A DNA stretch of 64,000 nt from Psilocybe cubensis. Taxonomy: Eukaryota. Positions 12,571-25,057 of the stretch are shown here, in pieces. The number at the start of each line of letters is the position of its first letter. Position 1 is the stretch's first letter. The notes below the pieces were generated by a model. That model saw only the letters and a program-made list of their open reading frames with translations. It did no database searches and had not been told where the DNA came from. Where the stretch lies: the NCBI GenBank assembly GCA_017499595.2, contig CM038998.1, forward strand, positions 2,418,001 through 2,482,000. Direction: 5' to 3'. A program made the translations under genes and the position numbers.

Positions 12571-13401
12571 ATGGCTCACCACCAACCTCCCAATGCTCCT
12601 ATCCTTATATCCTTTCCGGACTCTAATGAGCTCGTTGACTCTCTCGCAAAGTTTATTGCAAAGGCACAGAAAGACGCCATCGACAAGAAGGGTAGATTCA
12701 CAATCGCCCTCTCAGGCGGTTCCCTTCCAAAGATGCTAAGAGGTCTCATTGGGAACCCTCAAATAAAATGGGCTCACTGGTCAGTTACCTCTCGACTTTT
12801 TTGCTTTCAGATCCCTTATATCACGAACAGGCAAGTCTATTATGTCGATGAGCGTGTTGTGCCTCTCGACCACCCTGATTCCAACCACCGCTCCTGCAAA
12901 GAGCATCTCTTCTCTAAAGTCCCCATTCCGGATGAGAACATACATGCAATCGACCCGACTCTTCTCAATGACCTTGAGGAACTCTCAGACGCTTATGAAA
13001 AGACACTCATTCATGAGTTTGCCCAGAAGGACGCAGCTCGTTTCCCCGTTTTCGATCTCATACTCCTTGGCATGGGTCCCGACGGACATACTGCTTCCCT
13101 GTTCCCGGGACACGAACTTTTGGCAGAGGAAGACCGATGGGTGGCTTATGTTGACGACTCTCCCAAACCCCCTCCCAAACGAATTACATTTACATACCCT
13201 GTCATCAACCATGCCGCCAGAGTCGCTTTCGTTGCTGCTGGGAAAGAAAAGGCCGAGACTCTTACTACCATTTTGGACCATCCAGAAGAAGGTCTTCCTT
13301 CCTCAAGAGTTAAGCCCGCATTCCCGGGCCAGCTCTACTGGTTTGTAGATGATGCCGCAGCCTCCAAAGTAGCGTTTCCCCGAACACCCTTCCAACTCTG
13401 A
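12571..13401 (+). CDS. SOL3: 6-phosphogluconolactonase (SOL family)
   Basis: ALSGGSLP, DERVVPLDHPDSN, DLILLGMGPDGHTASLFP and DSPKPPPKRIT. One in-frame 51-nt intron at 12780..12830. Confidence 0.95.
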   Translation: MAHHQPPNAPILISFPDSNELVDSLAKFIAKAQKDAIDKKGRFTIALSGGSLPKMLRGLIGNPQIKWAHWSVTSRLFCFQIPYITNRQVYYVDERVVPLDHPDSNHRSCKEHLFSKVPIPDENIHAIDPTLLNDLEELSDAYEKTLIHEFAQKDAARFPVFDLILLGMGPDGHTASLFPGHELLAEEDRWVAYVDDSPKPPPKRITFTYPVINHAARVAFVAAGKEKAETLTTILDHPEEGLPSSRVKPAFPGQLYWFVDDAAASKVAFPRTPFQL

Positions 13402-13907
13402 TCTTTAGTCCCAGCTCTCGTCTTTACGGCCAGTTTTGTTCTTGCATTTTTTAAATATAAATGAACTGTCGGAATGCATTGTTGGCTTTTCGCTTTTGTC
13501 TACCCATCTACGTAACTCAATCGACTCCGTGACAGACCAACTATCGACCACACTGCCGTCCGATGAACTTCAGTTGGAACATAATCTTATCAGCCGGCCC
13601 GGATATTTTATCTTGGGTACGTAATGAACTTGAGCAGTTGGTTGGCACACCATAATAACCTCCTTGAGTGAACTGCATCCGTGTGGCATTGACATCCTCC
13701 TATAAAGCGTCGACAGGCACTGTTGCTTGCTACAATTATTCAGCACTACTGATCGCGGTGACAATAGGTGAGATAGTGCGGGTGTGTCCCATATAGATTG
13801 TAAGGAGGCGAAATTAACTCGAACATGCACCCCAACAACTGAACCTGCCAAAGTTGGTCATCAAATTCATGAACATAATAGATCCCACTAAGGAAAAGTA
13901 AGATAAG

Positions 13908-14851
13908 ATGATCGAATACGTGTTGCTCGTTTCAAAGCAAGGTATGTGGTATTATATGTGCATATCATCTCCAAAGCTTGCTGACTATATCAAATATCAT
14001 ATGACATCCTGATGTGTTTTGGGACATGTTGACTACCGACAGGCAAGCTTCGACTAGCCAAATGGTTTGTTACGGTTTCCTCAAAGACAAAGTCGAAAAT
14101 CGTGCAGGACGTTTCTCAGATTGTACTGTCCAGACGGCCACGGACGTGCAACTTTCTGGAATACAAAGGTGACTACGGATCACATATCTAGGCCACTGAT
14201 AGATATGTACTTTCAATCAATTTCTCTCAGGGAGCAAGGTGTGCATTTTTAAACCAATCGGATGCTTGATTTGATAACAATTTACTTTTGGCCTGCTACC
14301 TGAAGATTGTGTATCGCCGCTACGCGTCCTTGTTTTTTATATGCGGAATAAGCGACCTCGATAACGAGCTCCTTACTCTCGAGATTATCCATCGCTATGT
14401 TGAAACTCTTGACCGTTATTTTGGAAATGTATGACCTTTCAACCTATAAATTTCAAGGCGACTAATGTTGGATCCTGTCTGTTCAGGTCTGTGAAATGGA
14501 TTTGTAGGCCTCTTGATCCATAGAGGTAGATCAGACGACTGACTTAATTTAGAATATTCAACTTCAACAAAGCGTACTCTGTAGGATTACTAAAAAATTT
14601 CACTAGTCCTTGCTTACTTACTCTTGTTGTTCAAATTAGGTACTTGATGAGCTTATTTTAGCAGGCGAAATGCAAGAACCATCTAAGGATGTAGTCCTTA
14701 ATACGGTAAGCTTGCATCGACGACTCTTAGTGACACAACTTCTACTACTGAGACTGATTTGAAACGTTTTTGGGGGCAGATGAAAGAAGCGGACAACTGG
14801 GAATCAAGCGACCAGCTTATGTTACTAATGCAGGAATCAGGGTATTTGTGA
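13908..14851 (+). CDS. APS1: AP-1 adaptor complex sigma subunit
   Basis: Spliced [20 protein letters not shown]...[21 protein letters not shown]...[50 protein letters not shown]. Includes an 8-nt exon at 14231..14238. Confidence 0.92.
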
Positions 14852-15114
14852 ATATTGGTGAATATTGAAGATCGTCAAACTGCGACGGTTTGATGATAGC
14901 ATTCTGCGTCGGATGAGTAAATCCACTTTGATTTCAGGCATGACATCTATTAGTAATGTTTATATACATAGCTTGCTCCCTCGAAGAAATCCATCGTTAT
15001 CCCTTTCAGTACGTGCCAATATGTGCTGTTTCATTGCTAAGTAAATGGTTATGATACAATATGATTAAGAATTAAGAGGTTGAGTGACGAATTATGGTGC
15101 CATAAAATTAGATC

Positions 15115-18100
15115 CTATGAAGATTGGTTTGGATAGTAGTCGTCTTTGAAACTGAACTTGTTTAAAGGTATCCATTCCAACTGAGCGGAGACAGGTTAAG
15201 GAGATAGAGCTGTGTATATCCCAAGGAAAACTCACCCCTTGAACATATGGATCTTGTGGCGGTGGTGTCCGTTTATCGCTGTCAATAACAACAAACCTAC
15301 GATGACTGGACATAAAAGCAGGATTTCGTTGCATGTGCGCCATGTCAGTTATAGTAATTTCGTCCATGACAGTCATGAAGGCGTTTCCTTCCGATTTGGC
15401 CGATAAATTTTTGTGCTGTAAAAATGCTCTGACACCCGCTTCCAACGCGGCCAATTGTCGAGGAGGAGCAAACGAAACATATTTTTTTGCCCACTGCTCT
15501 CTGTCGTGCAAGTATCGGACTTCTTCTTTCCTTGTTTCTTTATTTTGCACCACAATCTTTGTTACAGTGGGTTTCTCTGGGAGAGCTTCCAAAAGCGAAA
15601 GCTGGCCTTCTTCAATTGTCTCCAAAATGATATCCAACATAAGTGGTTTCCTGTGTACTTCGTTAGGTTGGGCATATGGGATTTTTCCTTAGCACATACT
15701 TGCCGAGTTCCGATAGCGGGTCATTTTGGCCACATTCTAACTTTGCAAGAAGTCCCAGAGCAGAGGGTACTATATAGGCTGACCAAAGTGGGTGGTGGTC
15801 GATTTTCCTGATCAATTGAAGAACACCAAGAGGATCATTTCTCATAGCAAAAGGAGTGAATGTAACAATGCCTCCTAGAAGGTGATCAGAACTGCAAGAA
15901 CATGAACTGTCCAAGGGTGCAAAAACTAACCACAAGGGTAAATCTCTTGGACGGGGGGTATATAGGGCCCAAGTTCAGAATTTGATCCATAAAGGTAGAA
16001 CTGAACGTAGTTGTGCTGTGCGCGTCGTTCGGCGAATGCGGGAAACTTGTGTAGGCTAGAAAGCGCTTCGGCATGAACGAAAACGAGTCTGGCTTCTGCC
16101 TGTTTATGAACACGAGGCGCGCGAGTCTTTTCCAAAATCATTGTCAAAAAGTAAGTCTCAAGAGCGGATGACCTTCCCGATGGTCTTTCCGACCAAATAC
16201 AGTATCGTCGATCTGATGGTTCCTTAATATATGAATATAGTTGACTTGAGAAACCTAATAGCCGCATTCCATGCTCAAAAGCAAAGACTGATTTCTTCTG
16301 TGAAAATATCGTTTGGTCAATACTATGGCCTGCAGAAATCAAACTGGGAGGAAGCTTGGTTGCCAGTTGCAACTGGTCGAGGGAAAGAGCATAAGGTAAG
16401 GCAACAGCAACAAGGGATTTGGCTTGTTTGTAATGAGGGTGCAGGTTCATGCCAAACAAAAAGGGGCCATGAGCGTATGCCATAAACAAAATTTGGCCGA
16501 CACAATTGTTATCGAGGGTGATATTCAATAAAAAAACCTAATTTCTTGTTAGAGGCTATTGAGAGCTTGGTTAGGTTAAGGCCCTACCTTTTTAGCCTTT
16601 TCCACATAGTCAGCGAATATACCAAATTTACCCTTGTCTTTTTCTTCATGCCAGGTGACCAAAGCCTGCGAAGGGGCATTACGGAAAACACCTAGATTTG
16701 AGCGAAAGTTGGCAATGTCATAAAAGCAAGAAACTTGAATTTCTTCAATGTGTTGAAAGGCAACAGAAAATCCGAGCGCCTTGCTTTGCGTTGGTGACTG
16801 TTGCTGTAGCTTCACTTCACAAATAGATGAAGAGGTGGCAGTAAGATATAGAGGTCCCGACCATGACCATAACTTAGGTGGCCTGTAAATTTCAAGCGGA
16901 ATGAGAAAAACTTCTAGTTCGTATATCATAGCAGCATACCTCCCCGGCAGAGGTAAACTAGACTTGGGGACTACTGCTTTCGGTGGCATCGGTCCTGACG
17001 GGGCCTCTGACGCAGGTCTGGAAGAGAATAAGATAACAATGAAATTAACAAAAGCCATCATCGAGCATACCGTAGCGGAGCGGCCAAGCTTTACGTGAAT
17101 ATTATGAATAAGAGTATCTCAGTGTTGATGCATACCTTATACGTACCTAGACGGCATTATACTTTGAAGAAAATTTTCAGCTTCCAACATAGGTGCAGTT
17201 GGAGAAGGTATAGTGACAGGAGACCTGAAGTTAAATTTGTTCGAGGTTAAACCGAATTTTGAGATGTATGAATGGCATTGCGACACACATGATGCTATTG
17301 GTACTGAAAGAACGACTTTGCGGTAGAACGACCTGCTGATTTGCGACGATGGAATTAGAAACGTTACTCTGTTTTGCTACGCTCGAAAAAGAGCCTGAAA
17401 GCATATGAGGCGAATGAGGCGAATGCGCAGGAGAATGCAGAGATGGGGATTCCAATGATGGCGAGTGTACACCTGTTACTGTTGCAGAGTCTGTTGACGA
17501 AGAGATTTTTTTGAAATTGAGAAGATGTGGGACTCGACTGAGGGGTTTGGGTGTGGACTGAGATGGCGCCAGATCTTTTGGTGCTTTAGGATTTAAGGCA
17601 CCCTGTGCAATCCGTTGTTTTGTTGTTATGCCACTGCTTGTAACAAGAGCAGACTCGGGCATAGAGGCGATTTTTGCTTGCGGATCTGTGACTTTGCGTG
17701 TACTTCTAGGTTTCGCCTTGGCAACAGAGACTGAAGTTGTTCGTGTTCTGGGTTGTATAGTTGACGCCAGTGTGATTTCAGGTGAAGATCTGTCCGAAAA
17801 TAATGAAGTAGGAGATTGGGGGCGACTTCCTGGAGGTGACTTCTTGGGAGAATTTGGGACAGATTTACTACCTTCCTATGGCGATGTTAGACCTGTTCCA
17901 TGGTATGTGATAGACAATTTCTTACCGTCCTATCGTCGATATTCGAACCAGCAGAATGTTTTTTACGAATTTTTCTGGGTCTTGGGCTCGGTGGCGTCTA
18001 TAACAATACCTGGTCAGTTGATATTTAGAAGGTATAAAAACAGATAGGAATACTTCATCTGGTTCAGGCGAGAGGATTACTTTTTTTGACTTTTGAGGTA

Positions 18101-18955
18101 TTTTGATTTTGTTATTCTTAGTTGTCTCTGTCAAAGGCCTATCGTCTTCAGAATCTTCGATGGCCTTGAACGGTTCTTCCGCGTTGTTGGTAGACATTGA
18201 AGGGCTGCTTTCAGAAGATTTGTCCCTTTTCCGCTTCTTTGACTAACAAGCGTCAGAACATTGATAAAACCGAGTTTTGCACGTCATACTTTTCGTTTCT
18301 CTTTTTTTTTGTCTGGTTCCGTCTGAAGCTTTTTCTCACTTTCTGCCCTAAAATATTGCTTTTCCTGTTCTGCAGGTGTCACTTGTCAATATCGCATAAT
18401 TAAGAAACCAACAAGCGAAAGAAATTTCACCAATCCAATCCTTCTTGGCTTCTACAACATATCCCGGTAGATAATCCTTATCATCTGTGCCGACATGCGT
18501 CCAGAAGCTTTCGAGCAATCTCGAACAACCACTTTTGAGATTTTCTGGTGGCTCCCAGCTATAAAATGCAATCATAAGCATTCAGAATGTGTACAAGTAA
18601 ATTATAAGTATTACGTGTTGTCCGTTTCTGGATAGTGGGCCCACTGTATTGCAAGATATCAACGATTCCGTCCAATTTGGATGTACACAGATGGTTCTGA
18701 CCTTCACATAATACTGCTGTATCAATTAATACATTTTCAACAAAAAGGATTGTTCGAAATTGGATTATCCATACCCATGTCGCTCTGCCATTTTTACCAG
18801 CACTAACGACGCGAGCTTTAGTTATAACTTCTACTAGCAATCATCAGTGGCAGAATTGCTAATGAGAACGAGCTGCTTTTACCGACGTGATATACTTCAT
18901 CATCATCGTCATCATCATCATCGTCTTCTTCCTTTCTCTTAGATTTTCTGCCCAT
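15115..18955 (-). CDS. Large chromodomain protein, possibly Chp1-like
   Basis: Spliced N-terminus EVYHVEVITKARV...WQYYVKWAHYPETDNTWEPPENL is a chromodomain with the aromatic-cage residues. A Ser/Pro/Lys-rich linker is followed by a ~550-aa globular region ending LEWIPLNKFSFKDDYYPNQSS*. Confidence 0.85.
18897..18925 (-). repeat. (GAT/GAC)n microsatellite encoding poly-Asp
   Basis: catcatcatcgtcatcatcatcatcgtc on the + strand encodes the DDDDDDDD run before the chromodomain. Confidence 0.8.
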
Positions 18956-19177
18956 ATTTTAAACAATTCGCGTTGGGGTTCGAGTGTCAGAAGGATGTTG
19001 CGTTCGATGCGGTCTTGAATGAAGTTGAAAGATCAATTTGAAAATAGCAACATGTGTATGAAAGGTTATGAGGTAATTATTCATAACACCGTGGGAATAT
19101 TCAGAGCCGGGTTCTGCTGTTGTGAACGCGTCTGCCGCCATTCAGCTTCGCAAAGACTCTACAGTACGTCCTTCAAA

Positions 19178-20368
19178 ATGGCTTTTACCCAAAATGCAGG
19201 GAGACTTTTAGGTATGTAGCCCTGTGCATTACCTTCGCTACGTATATTGACCTTCAATACGTAGTCCCACTGGCTGTTGGTGTTGCCGCGCTTCAAGCAA
19301 GCCTTTACGATGTTCCAGGAGGTTACCGAGCTGTTATGTTCGACAGATTCTCGGGCGTCAGTGACAAGGTTTGTTTTATTTTTTTGGATAAACTCTTAGG
19401 AACCGCTCAAACATATGTTTCGGTGTTGTAGGCAACTGGCGAAGGAACGCACTTTCTTGTTCCTTGGCTTCAACGGGCGATTTTATACGATTGTCGTATT
19501 AAACCAAGAGTATGCCCACCTCATCCACAATACGATGTATTCTTACCTTATGCAGAACATTTCCACAACAACCGGCTCAAAAGATATGCAAATGGTTTCA
19601 ATAACCCTCCGTGTCCTTTCCCGTCCCGATCTCGAGCATTTGCCAAAAATTTACCAGAGTTTGGGTTTGGATTATGACGAGAGAGTCCTGCCATCAATTG
19701 GAAACGAAGTCCTAAAAAGCATTGTTGCTCAGTTTGACGCCGCAGAATTGATCACACAGCGAGAAGTGGTCAGTGAATACACATTCTCTTTCAACAGATA
19801 GATTTCCTTCATAGTATCCACAGGTATCCTCACGAATTCGTGCGGACCTTCTTCAACGTGCTGGAGAATTCAACATCAAGTTGGAAGATGTTTCTATCAC
19901 TCATCTTACTTTTGGAAAGGTACAATTTGTTACCTCTTAAACTCGGGGCATTGGGACTCAATTGCCGCTTGTTAGGAATTTACTCAAGCTGTCGAGGCCA
20001 AACAAATCGCGCAGCAAGGTATGTGAACAATTAGGGAATATTAACAGTGTCCTCAACAACACTTTTAGACGCTGAACGTGCCAAATTCATTGTCGAGAAG
20101 GTACGAACGTGACGTTTGGTTAAATTTTGATGCTGACTCGCTTCAGGCGGACCAAGAGCGGCAAGCAGCTGTTATTAGGGCTGAGGGAGAGGCAGAAGCT
20201 GCACTGACTATTTCTAAAGCTCTTGAGAAGGCCGGTGACGCGTTTGTTGCGCTTCGAAAGATCGAGGCTAGCAAAGCAATTGCGCAGTCCCTATCTAATA
20301 ATCCCAACGTCGCCTACATCCCTAGTGGAAGTGGCAATGTATTATTGAACGTAGCAGGCCCCAAGTAA
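19178..20368 (+). CDS. PHB1: Prohibitin 1
   Basis: [74 protein letters not shown] and [13 protein letters not shown]. Confidence 0.97.
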
Positions 20369-20484
20369 CAGTGGGGTGTAATACTTAGCTTTAATGGTAG
20401 TGCTTTGAAAGTCAAGGATTATGATCAATTTACGTTTTGAGTGATTAAAAAACTCCCACGGCGGTAGTTCATCCTTGCTCTTGA

Positions 20485-20650
20485 CTGCCATCTAGTCTGT
20501 CTCTGTATCTCTCGTCTTCCTTTTCTCTTTTCCTCTCCTCTCTCATCTCTCTCGTCTCTCCTCTTTTTCCTCTCTTGTGACGGACTTCTATCGTATACGA
20601 TCTCCCAATTTTCTGTCTTTTGTATGCTACCTTTTCTGTCCTTCAAATTT
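20485..20650 (+). promoter_or_regulatory. Long CT-rich tract upstream of the PUB1-like gene (core promoter/5' UTR)
   Basis: Near-pure pyrimidine sequence (ctctcgtcttccttttctcttttcctctcctctctcatctctctcgtctctcctc...), typical of fungal transcription start regions. Confidence 0.5.
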
Positions 20651-20709
20651 CTCACCATATTCACCAGTACATGTTTCAGGTCTCATTTTTTCACTCATCT
20701 TTTTAAATC

Positions 20710-22251
20710 ATGAATCCAATGGGCATGGGTAGCATAGCTGAGGCACCGGTTCGTTCATATAGTCTTATCTCGTCCTATCTTGAGCTAATCAATCATATCT
20801 TTCCCCACTCCGCCATCCTCACCACCATCCTTTGCACACTGTGTCTCCCCAAAAAGAGGCGCGCTCACCTTTATGTCGGCAACCTAAGTCCTCGCGTTAC
20901 AGAGTACATGTTGACCGAGATTTTTGCTGTTGCTGGGCCCGTGCAACACGTTAAAATCATCCCAGACAGGAACTATCAACACGGTGGCCTGAATTATGGA
21001 TTCGTGGAGTATATGGACATGCGTGCTGCAGAAACTGCGCTTCAAACTTTGAACGGCCGTAAAATATTTGATACGGAGATTCGAGTTAATTGGGCCTATC
21101 AAGGTCAACAAAATAAAGAGGACACCACAGGTCACTACCATGTCTTCGTAGGGGACCTTAGCCCTGAAGTCAACGACGAGGTTCTTGCCAAAGCATTTAG
21201 CGCCTTTGGAACCATGTCGGATGCGCGTGTTATGTGGGATATGAACTCTGGAAAATCTCGTGGTTACGGCTTCCTTGCTTTCCGCGATAAAACGGACGCG
21301 GAGCAAGCAATCGCCACCATGAATGGCGAATGGTTAGGATCAAGGGCAATTCGCGTCAACTGGGCCAATCAGAAAACTCAGGGTGCCCCCCCTGGTGCTA
21401 GTTCTCCGCATGCTTCAAGCGCGCCGCTCGGAGGCACTGGAGGTGCTCCTGCTCCTATCAACTTCCAAGGCGGGCCTTTGTCGTATGAATCTGTTGTTCA
21501 GCAGACACCAGCCTATAACTCTACAGTTTACGTGGGCAATCTCGTTCCTTACTGCACCCAAGCAGACCTTATTCCTTTGTTCCAATCGATCGGTTATCTG
21601 TCCGAAATTCGTATGCAAGCTGATCGCGGATTCGCTTTTGTCAAATTGGACACTCATGAACATGCTGCCATGGCTATTGTCCAATTGCAGGGCCAAATGG
21701 TTCATGGTAGACCTATCAAGTGCAGTTGGGGTAAGGACAGAGCTGATGGCGCTGCCGCTCAGCCAGCTGTTAGCCCAACCGCAGCAGCTACTCCCTACGG
21801 CAATATGGTATGTAAATTTTGGTTCAACATCATCTTTAGCCATATTCACATTATGGGTTTAGCCTATGTACGGCATGCCCCAACCGACTAGCTATGGGCA
21901 ATATGGCTTTGGCGGTTACGCCGGATTCCCTGGCCAAGCAGCCGCAGCTCCTGGTGGAGCAACCTCGGCATCTCCTGGAATGCCTCAAACTGGTGCACCC
22001 ACCGCGGGATTGGGACTTACTGTCGGGGGACAGCAACCCGGTGCAGATTTGAACTCTGCCGCAGGTGCTCAGACCGCTCAACCTCAGTGGGGTGCTACCG
22101 ACCCAAATTACTATTCGAATTATTGGGGAGGTGAGACAATTTGTTCCATCCGTTTCTTCTCACCCTCAGATGTTCTGTAGGCTACTATGGTCAACAAGCT
22201 GCGACTACCCAACCCACTGGAGGCGATACACAGATGCAAGGACCAGCCTAA
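20710..22251 (+). CDS. PUB1: Three-RRM poly(U)-binding protein, PUB1/TIA-1 family
   Basis: Three RRMs (LYVGNL..NYGFVEY; VFVGDL..KSRGYGFLAF; VYVGNL..RGFAFVKL) and a Q/G/Y-rich prion-like C-terminus. TAA at 22249..22251. Confidence 0.92.
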
Positions 22252-22572
22252 CACATTCATTCGACCAAAATACTTTCTTCCAAATAATTCTTCACGGATG
22301 AATCAATTATTGGCACATTCACTAACCCTGCCTTACCTCTTATTTTTTTGTACTTCCCTCTTGCGTTCTTTGAAACATGATATTCTCCACTTTCACCAAT
22401 CAAACAAATTCTTTGAGACAGGTGCCTGATCATTCAACTCTTCTAGTCCGGTTGATATTCAGCTGACGCATCGAGTACTTGATTTGATATTGAATAAAAG
22501 GGTATAATATTCGTAAATTTCCACAATTCTCGTCATAAACATGCATGTATCATGCCCCATTATCATCAACCA

Positions 22573-23556
22573 CTAGCCATTCGGTGTCAAGTCCATCCCC
22601 TGTGCTATTGGAGGCGATGGTCCATTCTTCTTCATCACTGTTTGAATGTCCGGATTGGTCAACTCTTTTCCCGACCCCGAAATAGGCCGACTTGAGTCAG
22701 AGGTGCCAGCATTTGACATAGCACCATCCTGACCAGAACCCTCTCTCCAAGATAGCACAGTCTCATGTCTTGTACGCATATTTTCGTAAAATTCATTTGC
22801 TTCATTCATGCGATTAGCTTCTAGCTGTTTGGCGTCCAACCAGCGCTGCAGTAATTTGGCATTATCCTTGGAAAGCGTTAGATTGCGTTCTTCGATTTGA
22901 CTGAGCTCTAGAAGCGACGTGTTGACCTCGTCACTCAATATCTAAGGAGGTATTCGAGTCAGTATGTTCAGAGAAAGGGTTTCAAATATGCAAACCTGAA
23001 TAGTTCTATCTTTCTCTGCTATCAGCTCTGCATGTAGGTCAACTTTTTTGCGAAGAGAAGTTATCTCCTCTCGGGCCTTCCTCAAATTTTCGGAGTCGAT
23101 CCTTGATAATTCCTCCTTTTCGCGTAACGTCTCATTCATTGACAACAGACGTTGCGCATTCTGCCCCTGAGTTTTGTACAAGTTGGCTAGTTCATCGCGC
23201 AACGATGATATTTGAGACTCTAAAGAAGCTAGATATGCAGCGCGAACAGGGTTACTGGGGCATCGATTAGCAAATATTTTGCGTACGAAGGGAGAATGAA
23301 CACTCGCTCTTCACCGGAACTCGACCCGGTTGGAGAGCCTTTAACACTACCAACAGCGCGTAGCAGCGTCGCATTTCTCTCTTTGAGTAATTTGGTTTGT
23401 TGAGCTAGTCTGCGGTCTTCAGGGAAGGTTAGATATCAGAAGACGATGGTCCAGAGGATGCTCACATTGCTCTATTATGGGAGCAAAGGCAGACTCTGTG
23501 TTATTTCTTTCCACAAGACGTAACCGCAGAAGCTCTTGCCAGGAGGGTTCGGTCAT
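22573..23556 (-). CDS. ATG16: Autophagy protein Atg16
   Basis: MTEPSWQELLRLRLVERN...coiled coil...LSDEVNTSLLELSQIEERNLTLSKDNAKLLQRWLDAKQLEANRMNEAN fits the fungal Atg16 pattern. Confidence 0.88.
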
Positions 23557-23757
23557 TGGAATAGGTAGAGATTCCTTAAACGACAGATTTCAGCGTAAGC
23601 ACTGCAGAACTGAAGGATAAGCTAACGGTTTAAGCGCGGAGTTTGAAACTCCTAATTGGGGGAAATTGACTCTTATTGTCGGCCCTCTGACGCCAGTGGT
23701 TCAGGTTGCTGTCCGTCCCACACCACCTTTTTTGCACATCTACAGATTCAACAAACC

Positions 23758-24699
<942 letters not shown>

Positions 24700-25057
24700 T
24701 CGTATTCTTCTGTGCCAGTCACGTAGGTCTTGTTAGACTTCCACCTGTTTATCATCCTCGTTATACTATTCCAGAACACAATGTCTCCCTTTCCCAGGTC
24801 TTCTATAATCTAGGACTTGATACATCTCTCCGTTGCAAATCATCTTGGAATTATTCGTTCTACCTGCCATGTCTTCTAAACTTTATGTAGTTCTTACCCA
24901 GATGTTAATCAGTCATTCGATGTTCTTTATCTGACTCCCGAGTGCATGCGAGTGTTATATGTCTTAGGCTATGCGAAACACAAAAGCTATACGGGTTTGA
25001 GGGAATTGAAAAGCATGGCTAATACCAATAGTTCTCTATTCATTTAAGCGACTGGAA

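Noticed and set aside
12780..12830. Stop-free 3n introns in the lactonase, MIT and acyltransferase genes
   Set aside because: Common by chance for ~50-nt introns. Splice signals are canonical and retention would interrupt conserved domains.
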